64,000 nucleotides of DNA from positions 1,798,001 to 1,862,000 of the forward strand of contig OZ234494.1 of the NCBI GenBank assembly GCA_965153455.1, read 5' to 3'. The first letter of the stretch is position 1. Each line of letters opens with the position of its first letter. This document shows positions 40,030 to 51,430 of the stretch, piece after piece. This DNA is from Sphagnum compactum (lineage: Eukaryota). A program made the position numbers and the translations under genes. The notes beneath the pieces were generated by a model. The model worked only from the letters and a program-made list of their open reading frames with translations, made no database searches and was not told the origin of the DNA.

Positions 40030-41260
40030 CCAAGCCTAGAAGAGGCATCTCCAATTGTCACAATTGCTCAATGCAAGATAGTGGTGACTTGAATTTTTTG
40101 AAAAGCCACTGACACCCTCTGCTTATAAAATGAACATATAATTGAAATAGGGGGATCTCTAAAGCCCTTCGTTGACCATGCCATGTTGGCACATCAATGA
40201 AGGAAATCATTTGTTTGCTGATGTAAACATTCAAATATTTTTACTGCTAAAGGGATAAAATCGTCTTCAAGGTGTCAATTGTGATATGACACAATCTTTG
40301 CTTGAGCTGCAATTGTCGTAGCCATTCCCCGATAAGAAGCGACTCACAAAGCAAAATTTGCACGAATCAAATCAACAATGATTACATCTGCAAAAATACA
40401 ATTACCATCTACACAATATCCACTTATCATCATGATGATTAGAGAGATGGAACTAGGAAAACATGTGTTTGTCCATGTAAAACATGGACCCTAACATTCC
40501 TAGCAATGGAAGTGAAAGAATCTCGAACTACATCATGTGTGGTCATGCATTTCCACCCCATGAACATAACGAAATAGATGTATCCATGTTAGATCTATGG
40601 CATGGTCGCATATGCATCGAAAAAGACCATGAGCCATGGGATGGCAGAAGCCCAATTTGGTGCATAGTGATAAAGAGAAAATGTCAGAGGCCATCCTAAA
40701 AATGGGATGACTGGGCGAACATAAAGCCAAGCACCTGAGCTTAAAGCCTACATAAGATCTCAGTGGATCATGATGATAATTTGAAGACAATTCTGAAATG
40801 ATGTTGGAAAATGAATGTTCATGCATGTTCTCTGAGATGTTCTCTTGAAGACAATCCACTCCTTTATTTGATAGTTGCTCAAATGGTGGATGGAAGCTTG
40901 AGCAGCTAAAGGTAGAAGGTCAAGAGCCCACTTAAAGTGAGCTTGGAATGGGGATTTAAGTGGGTTCTTGAAGTGGATTTGAACTGGTCGCCTTTATAAA
41001 AATGGGCAGTTGTTTTGCAAAAAATTGGATGTGATGATTGGGGCGACAAGCCCCCAATTCCCTAAGTACATTGTCAATGTGATAACCTCCACAAAGACAA
41101 GACCTATCCCACATTTGGAGATGGGAAGAGAGGTTTGTTGCCGAACTAGGGGAGCCTTTGAACACTCCAAAAGCCTAACCCTGATAGTCTCCCAAACATG
41201 TTAATGAAGGTTGAATCAAGGAGGCTAATTAGCATTGAAAATCTAGGAGTGGGGGGAAGA
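40030..41260 (-). mobile_element. Second degenerate CRE-like retroelement fragment (3' part)
   Basis: Minus-strand THDVVRDSFTSIARNVRVHVLHGQTHVF...VDIV and YLGNW match the THDVVCD...VDIV and YLGSW segments of the element at 29500-32770. Confidence 0.65.
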
Positions 41261-44200
41261 ACCGAAAAGGTAATAAGGCCTCTGTATAAAACAACGAGTG
41301 AAAATCCCAAACGCCATTTGCACATCCCCCAACTTGCAATGCATAGCTCCTATAGGTAAAAGTATGCATGCATGTTAATGGCAATGTGCAAGAAGAAACT
41401 AGACTCTTAAACTAATCAGGGTACCCAATTTATAATGAACACTTTGGCTATGACTATTATATGTTGTTTACATATGGGACCATTTACACAAACACATTGC
41501 ATAACATATTTTGGAGTTTTAGAATGAAAATCAATAAAAATATACTTAAGCATAATAGAATGGCTATGGCTTAACATTTTTGTTCATTATGTTGGGGCTG
41601 ATAAAGGCCACAACACAATTTAACATTTGTTCTTGAATGATCAAATGTATTGATTGGGCTAGGTGGTTGTTATTAGTACGTTCTAACTTTTTCATGTCGC
41701 AAGTTCATGTATAGGAGTGGAGTTTGCAATTAATAAATGCTAAGGGAAAACAAATGCAAATTGCTTATACTTCCAAAAGAATTACTATCATTTATCAATT
41801 TTACTACAATTACTCATATAATAGTTATGTAATAATTCATGGAGAAGGCAATGAATTTTTTTTAAATGTTTGTTTTCAGAGACTAGTCCTACTGTTTAAA
41901 CATGTCACTAATCCAACGAGTGAAACTTGTGGTGAAATAATTTATTATAAGAACAAGATAAAAGGGGGGGGGGGGGTGGAAGGTAATTACTTTCCAAATT
42001 TTCTAGAGTACCTTCAAGTATAGATAATCTAGTTCAGTGGGTCTGCAAGCTTCCAACATATATTATATCTTGTTTACAATGTTTATAAACCCTTTATGAT
42101 GGTCTCCTACCGCATGCATCACCCAAATACCCTTTGTAATTGTCTCCTACTATCTACAACCCTTTGTAGACCCTTTGTGGATGTTGCTTACCGTTTGTAG
42201 TTGTTTCCTTTGTCTCGTAGATTTCAATTTTCAAGTCTACCACATTTCTATTACCGTTTATTGGCAACCACCATCATGTGGTAGTAGGATGCTTCCTAAT
42301 GCAAAGACTAAAACAAATAATGCATTTCTATTACTCTTGTAAAAGAAATGGAAAACTATAAATATAACAGAACATTATGCAAATTTCAAAAGTACTACCT
42401 TTCCCCATTATTTGGAATATTCCAAATAGAAGAAAACACCAATAAAACAATATGTTACTATTTCAACCATTTTCCATTGCAATAATCAAAATACAACTTA
42501 ACTCCATACTGACTTCCTCTCCTTGATGTGACACATCCTTTCTTCATAAGAGAGTCATATTATACCATAAGCTTTCAACTAGAACATAATAGAATGAGCC
42601 CCAAGTTTTATTTTTATCCCCATTTAATTCTATTTCCTAAACCATAGAAGGCCCATATCACTCCCATGAAAATGGGTCCTTATCCTAATTTTTCATAGAA
42701 ATCCCCTAGGTGATTAATGGATTACAACCAACCACTCATATTCTACATGAACTAATTAATCCCATTAGTTTCATCCATAGGTAAAGGATAATAAGTCTAC
42801 CACTAATAACTAACTAATTACTAGGATGTCCCATGGTATTAATTAGTTTGGGGATTTCTACTTTTAACATTATCCTTTGTCTACTTTGGATTACATCGTC
42901 GTAATTTTCACTATGTGGGTTGAGATTTTGAAGATGTGTTATTGCCTACTATTTTCGAGGGGGAGATAATAGCTTTACTTTTAAAAGTCATGTAGTTTTT
43001 GTCCAGACCTAAAATTGCCCTTGGTGTCTAGAAGGTAGATTGATGCTGTGGATTACCTTCTATATTGCTATTATTAAAGCTACTAGAAATGTTTGGTCGT
43101 ATAGTGTCTACCTTGAAGTTTGGGAAGGTTGTTTTGTAAGCAACCAAGTATTGATGGTAGGTTGCTTCATCTACTAGTGCAGGGAAGGGAACAACATCCA
43201 GAATGGCATTAAGCTCCCCCTTGAGTTCATTCCACCTAGCCTCCCTCTTTCTAGTCTTTTAGTTCTAGGCCAACATTTCCATTTAAGCAATTAGTTTTGT
43301 AGCTTTGGCACTACCACCCTTGTAAGCAACTCCGGTTCAAACTATAGGTTGGCTATTAGTTTTTGTGACAAATGCAAACATGACATCTCCTTGTGGTCCT
43401 ACTTTACCCTATTGGTGCATGAAGGTAAAATTTTCATCATTTAATTCACTCAACCTATCCAAGAGCCCTTCCTTAGCTACCCTTTCCATCTTTAGATATT
43501 CTTCTAGGGTGGCTATTTTATAATTCCTCTATTGGCTAACCACCATCTCCTTAAAGGATTGCTTTAATCCATTCCTAGTAAATTGGGCAAAGGAAGTAGG
43601 AGGTTGTTGTAGTAGTGGTGCCTTCTCCATTTGTTCTTCAAGTATGGCAACGAGGGTAATTAATACCCTTAGCATACATTATCCTACACCCCTTCCATCA
43701 TCTCGCACAACTTGTTTGGCCAAATCGGGTTCTTTTTCTTCTTTTCTTGCATGTGGCGCCATAATAAGCCCTTATTCCATTTCATCTTGTTGTGCCGTAA
43801 CAAACCTTTCCCAAGTTGATTGTACTGACAAGAATGGGGGACTTCATTGGTGGTGTTTATGTGTGCCTACCTTTAGTCGGGGGGAAAATTCCTTCTGTTG
43901 GTGATTTGAAAAAGGAACATGCATGTCTCTTAAGTTGCATCTTCTTGTTCATTGTTGTTATCCTTAAAGGTGACGGTACCTTGGTTGCTTGTTGTCTGAC
44001 GGTTGGAAAATGTACTATCTTAGAGGTAGTCTAAGTTGCCTATAGTAAACTTTTCCTTGGGTGGTACCACCAAGAACCACTTTACCAAAATCACAAGAAA
44101 GTTGGACCCAATTAAGAAATAAAATTCCATATACTTAAACATTAGTTTATTTGAGTGGACTAGGTGGGCTATGTGTTCCCCATCTATACACACACTCATG

Positions 44201-46664
44201 AAAAATAATGAACACCCAAAAATGTATAATATGCATTAACATTTTGATTCCTAAACCATTCCTAACCCATTTTTGACCCAATTCCTAACCTTTTTTTTAA
44301 AAAGTGTCCTTACACTTACACAATAGATTTTTTTTTGGATTATTTAGTACATGCACAAAAGAATGATCCAAACTAGTCATTAAAAAAAACAAAAGGTGAA
44401 AATAATTATCATTTGTGTTCTTGACATCAATGCCCTTTTGGGGCTTCACAATCTTGATTTCAAAAATTCATAACTAAATCAAAATTGATTCAATCAATTA
44501 TTTATAAAAGATATTAAATAGGTTGGCATTTGAAGTATTTTCAAAAGTTAACATCCAAAAAAAAATTTCAAAAAATATATTCATTTTGTGTTCTTGATAA
44601 AAGAAAATCCTTTGTGGGACAATCCTAATACTTTTTCCTTATGCATTCATTTTTCACATCAAAACACATTTTTTCGTAAATTTAGTTAGAGTTTTGAATT
44701 CTACATGACTTGGGTAACCTTTTGATAAATAATTTGGAATGAAAAGCTTTCTTTACGTGAATCCTATGTTGTTTTGAAGTTGGATGGGTCACAAAAATTT
44801 GGGGTGTGATGTTCCTAGTGGTACCACCCAAGGATAAATTTACTGCGTGGTCTCTTTTTGTTTTTTTTAAACCTCCCATTATGTGGCAAATTTTTTCTTA
44901 GTAGGGGAGATGGTAGTTTGGTATTTAGTTGCCCTCATACTAGGCACAAAAACATGTAGAGATCATAAGCTTTCATTCACAAACACAATAGCCTTCTCAT
45001 GAACAATAAAAGCAATGGGGGTAAGGTTACCTGTAATAGTTGGAAACTCCCCTTTTTCATCCAACATTTGTCTTTTCCCCTTTGTTCCACCCAATATGAT
45101 GAGGAACCACCATCGGGTTCATGTTTGGGCCACTTGCCTTTTTATGGTGTAGTCTTGGTAGGTCGACCACATGTTAACTACGTCAAAGCTACCAAGGAGG
45201 TCATTGGGTTTTCCTTACTAAACCCAAGGGTGATCACCCATTTTTCCACCATATTCATCTTGATGCCTTTTGTGGAACACACTAGCCAATGTGGGTTGTG
45301 TGGATTAAAGTAGCATGGGCATCCCACATTTGTCCCTTTAACTCTTTGTCCAAAATTTCATACCACAATTAAACAAATTGAACCTTTGTCATGCCTTGTA
45401 CATCACCATAATCAACATATATATTTTTACATAGGCTTTTTAAAGCTCTCATGGGGCTTATGTTGAAATTTTTACCTTCCATTTGTTCCACTATTATTAA
45501 AAGCTATGGCCCACTAATTGGAACCAAAGTTCTTTAGTGATGGAAACATAATTGAGGGACCAATATAGTTGCCATTCTTCAAGCTCAAGCTTGTAGGCAC
45601 ATTTGAATTCATAGTAATAATCCATGGGCAATCCCTCCAAATGTTGGAACAACCTTTTCCATGCCATGAAGGGTGTAAAAAATTATGGATTATGCATTTG
45701 TTACATATCACACCAATTATCAAACTCTTGGATAAAATCATTTAGTTCAATGTTGCTAACTGCCCCCAAATATCAACAAGGCCCTTTGGTGGCTCCATAT
45801 ATGTTTTCCATGTCCCACAATAATGGTGTGGTGACAAAGCTTAGAGGTGAATTTTTATTTGAATATGAGGACTCCCCACTAAATGAAGATGATGGTGGTG
45901 TGGTGGTTTCAATCACACCCCACACTTGGTAAAACCATTCGTACTTTTCAAAGTATCCCTTATTTCCAAATCTTGTGTTATTTTTGTGATGAACATTACC
46001 CCTAAACCATTAATAAAAAAACTATCTTTTGTAGCTTGTTTTGTGTAATTACACATGTCGCATGCAACTAAAAAACAACTTTGCATGCGACATTTTTTAA
46101 TTGCACACGACATGTGTAGTTACATAAGACAAGTTGCAAAAGACAATTTTCTTTTAATGAACTAAGATGGACTTGTGGGTTTTTCTTGAACCTAAAAGGA
46201 TGTTAAACCTATTACGGTTTAACCTGCCTTTTAACCATGATCCTTATAACATAAACATAGGGATGTTGCACCTATATGGTTAGGGCGCCTACACCAACAA
46301 AAACATTTCGCAAGGCCAACATAACTTGGGCACACTGTGAACACAACAAAAATGGTATATCGGCCATCAACTTGATTTCATCACTACAAACACAACATGG
46401 GATGATTGGTGATCAAATCCAACACATTTGTAACAATGCCATTTTGATACAACCTATCCCCAACTAAACATTAATCATTATGTTTGAGAAAAAAAGGGGT
46501 CAAATAGGATTTACATAGTGGTCAGAATTAGGTGGTAGTCTTGTTTTATGCTCAACCATTAACCACACCGGCCACAACCCCAAAGTTCATTATGATAATA
46601 AAAACATGTGAGGGAAGGTACATAACTTTTCACCTTGGGTTTCCCATTATGTAATATGTATGAA

Positions 46665-47318
46665 CTAGTGTGTACCCGGTGCATAATGCACCCGTCGAGC
46701 TCCCCCCCGCCCGGTCCTTCCCATTGCCCACTCCGGTTCTTTACCCCGTCGACCCCCCCCCCCCCGTCCTTCGCATTTTCCACTCCGATTCTTTAACCCG
46801 TTGATCCCCCCCGTTCCCCTGTTATATATAATTAACTTCCCGCCCCGTGCTGGCCCCCCCCGCCCGTGCTGGATGGATTCCAAACATTTCATCCATTTAA
46901 GCCGGACGGACATTTCATGCATCTCATCATCCGTCTATTACTGGACGAACATTTCATCCATCCCGTCATCCGTCTAATTAAGCCGGACGGACATTTCATG
47001 CATCCCGTCATCCGTCTATTACCGGATGAACATTTCATCCATCCCGTCATTCGGCTTAAATGGGGTGAAAGGAGGACAACATTTGACAAAGCATGCATGG
47101 AAAGGGTGACTATCTACTGTCCAAGTGAAAATTGAACAGTGGACAGTCCACTCTCCACACCAAACACAACTGGCCAAAAAAATCCCCTTCCTCTCCCCCC
47201 CCCCTCCCTCCACCCACCCCCCAAAACCTCACCCGCTGCGTCACCGGGTGACATCCCTCCCCCACCCCCCAAAACCTTCGTCACAAACACAGAGACTTAC
47301 TGAATTAATATATTAAGA
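46665..47318 (-). mobile_element. Non-autonomous Helitron (654 bp)
   Basis: On the minus strand the 5' end is A|TCTTAATATATTAA (47318) and the 3' end is CTAG|T (46665). A GC-rich hairpin GGTGCA-TTA-TGCACC lies just upstream of the CTAG. It sits in an A|T target with no TSD and contains internal ~40-bp tandem repeats (GGACGGACATTTCATGCATCCCGTCATCCGTCTA). Confidence 0.85.
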
Positions 47319-49270
47319 TTTATGATAAATCAACATAAGAACTTATATTCACCCATTAAATTGGTTATCAATGGCTCACAACTCATGAAACCCCTTTAAA
47401 ATGATTTAAAAGCCCAATCAACACAATGACATGAAACATGTGCACCCAACAAACATAAAGGGAAATGCACAAATCATGCAACACAAATCCCCATTTTTAC
47501 AATTCTCACACAAAAATCACAACATGAATTCAAAAGTTTCCCCATTCATTAATGTTGTGGCACTTCATCACATGTTGATAATGGGAATGTGTGTTTATTT
47601 TGCAAAAACAAAATTAAAAAAATTCAAATTGAAGTTGTTGACCTGTCTCACACATAATCACATGGTTCATTAGAAAATTCTTCCAAAAACTTTTGTCTCC
47701 AAATTAGGTTGTAGCATTCCACATGCATAGATTTTTTTCTTAGAATTCAATGTTGCAAATGGTATTCCATTTTGAATAAGTATGAAAAATATATGAATTT
47801 ATGAGATTTAATGTGAAACAAAGCCCCAAAAATTAAAAAGTAGTTTTTTGAATTCCCCAAACTGCAGTTTTCAAAAATTTTACACGTTTGCACATTTATA
47901 TGTGAAGCTATGAGCTTTTAAAGTTTAAGGATGGATGAAAATTTCTCATCCACATGAGGAATGACAAATTGACCATTTGGATGAAAATAAAAATGAAAAT
48001 AAAAAACCTTGAATGGATGAAACATTCTAACTATATGGAATATTCCAATTATGGATGAGAAGGATTCCAAATGGATGAATTTTTAAAAATACCAAAAATC
48101 CAAAAAAATGAAGAAAAACTGTAAAATGGGCGAGCTTGGAACTCATAGCAATGGTGACACGGAGCTCCAAGCTTGAATTCCCAAAGAAAGATTAACAAAC
48201 AAAAATCACTGCCCCGAAAACACCCATATCACCTCTAGAAGCAGACCAAGCTCTCGACGCGAACTACAACTCTTACCCTAGTTGCAACATGAATTTTTTT
48301 TTTGTGCAAAACACAAAAATAAAAACCTAGTGCTCAGCAAAGATTGAATCTAAATACAACACAAAACAAAACAAGAACAAACAACTTTTGATAATTTAAA
48401 AAAAAAACTCACTCACAACAACCAATGATTCGAAGAATCCAAAATATAAAACATAAGAACACAAAAACCATGTGCAAATAAAAACTGAAAAAACCTACAA
48501 AACACAAAACATTATATTTTAGAATCATAAAAAATAAAAATGATTTGAAATCACAAAACTTCAAATTAAATCTCAAACACGAAATACTTTGTTCACACTG
48601 GAACTAATTTCAAGATAACTTATCTGGTTTGTTTATGCCACGTAAGGTGTTCCAGAGCCAATGTGAATTGGCCTAAAAGAAGAGAAGTTTGACGCATACA
48701 GGCATTGCAGGGTATGGGTATGGGTATCCACATTTGGTTCAAACCCTAGATGCGGTGAAGGGATAAGCTTCTTCGCCATCTCCCCTACGCTTGTAAACTT
48801 GGTTTTAACATACATTTTCCATCTCGCTATCGCGTCTCCTAACACTTTGCGGACCGTCAAAAACCTCCATGACCTACGTCTCTCTGAAGAGATTGCTCTG
48901 AAATAACTGCTGAGGACGTTCTCTCGGCTGTCTTCGGCTTCGGACGGCTCCAGATTCTCAGAGTTGTGAAAGGTGGGTATCCACTCTTGTTCTCTGGATT
49001 TGATTGTTGTGGCTCGCGGTTGCCTGAGGCTGGGAATTATGGGCTGAGGATCTGATTCTTATGGAGTTGAACTTTCTGGTCTGGGGACCGTCCGCGGGTG
49101 GTTGTTTGGGTAGAATGTGTTCAGATCTGCGGTTTACATGCTGTGGTTTTGGGGGGGAATGCGGAGGCGAAGCTTAGACCTTGTAAGGGTTTCAGGCGAG
49201 GAGGAAGGGAAGACGGAGGGGGAAGGGATTGCAGACAAACCGAGGAAGAGAACGGGGATTTTTGGATGCA

Positions 49271-50161
49271 ATGTCTGCCGCAGTTTGTGGGAAGCGGTCT
49301 GTGTTTGAGGATTTGCACAGCTCCCCGCCTGTAGCCAAGCGCCTGCGCTTCGCTCAGGCTAGTTCTGCCATCCGTTTCCACAGCACAGCAGCGACAGCCG
49401 CGTCCCCGTCCAGCACCGCAGGTGGCAGTCCTTTCGAGGCCTGCCTGGAGGCGGGGTCTTCCGGGCATCACTTTGAAGGCTCGCTCATACCGCAGCTCCA
49501 TGCCCTCTTCCCTGAGATGGAAGGAAATCTTGTAGAGAAAGTTCTGGAGTCGTGTGGCAACAATTTGGATTCTGCAATCAAGAGCTTGACTGATCTGCGG
49601 TTGTCTTCCTCGGAACGAGCCGTTTCTTCTAGCCAAGATGTTTCAGGTGCTGTTGCCCGTCGTTCCAGTCTTGCAGGTATCGAGTCGCCATCCCCCTCGA
49701 CCAGTTCCCATCGGCAGCATGTGGAAGCAGCAGCGTCGCTGCAGCCATCGGAGGGTGAAGAATGGGTGGAACTCGTCGTGAGGGAGATGATGAACGCTGC
49801 AGACTTGAATGATGCCAGAGCCAGGGCAGCCCACACGCTTGAATCTTTTGAGAAGACAGTAGCATCCTGGTCTGCTGCACTTGTGGAAGTGCAGCAGAAG
49901 GAAAACATTGCATTGAAGGAGCAGCTTCAGAGCCTCACCCGAGACAATCACATTTTGAAAAGAGCTGTTGCAATACAGCATGAGCGGCAGCTAGAGCATG
50001 AGGGGAGGACACAAGAGCTTCAACAAATGAAGCAGCTTTTGTCACAATATCAGGAACAAGCTCGGACACTTGAATTGAACAACTATTCTCTCACACTGCA
50101 CCTTCGCAAAGCTCAGGAAGGAAGTTCTATGCCTGGTCGGTTCCACCCCGATGTCTTCTAG
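49271..50161 (+). CDS. Ubiquitin-system CUE-domain protein (296 aa)
   Basis: Motifs MSAAVCGKRSVFEDL, CUE core LHALFPEME..LVEKVLESCGNNLDSAIKSL, EWVELVVREM..A.D..DARARA, ILKRAVAIQH and the terminal SMPGRFHPDVF are typical of this plant family. Probable 5'UTR intron ~48973-49123. Confidence 0.9.
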   Translation: MSAAVCGKRSVFEDLHSSPPVAKRLRFAQASSAIRFHSTAATAASPSSTAGGSPFEACLEAGSSGHHFEGSLIPQLHALFPEMEGNLVEKVLESCGNNLDSAIKSLTDLRLSSSERAVSSSQDVSGAVARRSSLAGIESPSPSTSSHRQHVEAAASLQPSEGEEWVELVVREMMNAADLNDARARAAHTLESFEKTVASWSAALVEVQQKENIALKEQLQSLTRDNHILKRAVAIQHERQLEHEGRTQELQQMKQLLSQYQEQARTLELNNYSLTLHLRKAQEGSSMPGRFHPDVF

Positions 50162-51236
50162 TCTTCTGCCTCTTTCTGCAATTTTGATATTCCTCCTGCT
50201 ATGCTTTGTTCTGACGTGCATCTACCCTGGTTCATAATAAACTGCAGCTGCAGAGGGGCAAGTTCTGAACCCATTAACATTTGCCTTGCTTATTTTGAGT
50301 TTCAATAAACACTTGCTTGTCCTATGCAATTGTGTCACTATCCACTGCAATTGTTTGGACTAAATTTTAATTTGGATTTGTTGTTGCAATTCAGGATGAG
50401 TATGTAGTCAATGATCACAGTCAATGAGTCCATCTGTTCCATTTCAATACCAGACTAGGGCAAATGGTATTGGTATTTTTATTGAACAAGGGTCTTTTGC
50501 TTGCCATTCAAAGAGATCAGACTGTTCAATATCATTTGCAAATTGACCAATCAATCTGCCAAAACCATTCCATTCCCCAAGCCCCAGGGATTCACGTGGT
50601 TGCAGGATGTCAACACAAAGAAAACTGGTCAGAACTTCATGCACTGCAGGGGCTGGTGATTTGTTATATCAGAGATGGTTTGAATAAGCTGCATGTTGGA
50701 GCACAGTGCTCATTGCAAAGAAAAAATTCAAAGTGAATTTCAATGGTACAACACAAATTCTATTCAATATTATCCTTAACAGAAAACTTGCCAAAATCCA
50801 AAGACTAAGCATCATCCAGATGCAACTCCTATGCCAAGATTTCAACAAAAACAAGTTATCTATCTGAGATCACTTCTCGAATGTCCATTGAATGGCATTG
50901 TACATTCACAACTCTTATTCTAACTCAAAACCCAAGACCCCTTCTATACTTCTTGATGGCAATCTAAAGTATCATCATCCATTGTGACTCCCAGGCTGGA
51001 ATCCCTATAGAAGATTGAGATTCTCACTCGAACCTGACAGTAGAGTTTTCTGACCATCCTGACCACAACCTTGATATGCAAATTCCTCAATGCCAAAAAG
51101 AAATCTAGAAACTTGGAAATAGTAGACTTGCAGCCAATTCAAGAAACTCCAGATGCTCAAGGTAGAGAAGATTTAGTGCTCAGCATCGATGCCTTTCTTT
51201 CACAAAGGGCAGGAAAACAGGGAAATGACCAATGTA

Positions 51237-51263
51237 AAACCCTAAAACGAACTAAAACCCTAA
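51237..51263 (+). promoter_or_regulatory. Two telo-boxes upstream of BUD23
   Basis: AAACCCTAA at 51237-51245 and 51255-51263, ~170 bp before the ATG. Telo-boxes are established elements of plant ribosome-biogenesis and translation gene promoters. Confidence 0.65.
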
Positions 51264-51430
51264 AAGTTTTCCTTGCAAAGTTTAGTTTTAAGAAGTGATA
51301 ATTAGCGCGTTTGGTTTCACGCTTGATCTAGAGAACTCATTCTCTTTGATCCCAGTATCTTATTTTGTTTTAGCTGCTAGTATTCGAGACCCGGGGAGAA
51401 AGGAAATAGAGTCTCGCAAAGTGCTCAAAG

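Noticed and set aside
49121-49981. Long minus-strand ORFs (171, 146 and 112 aa)
   Set aside because: Antisense shadows of the GC-rich CUE gene CDS with no recognisable domain.
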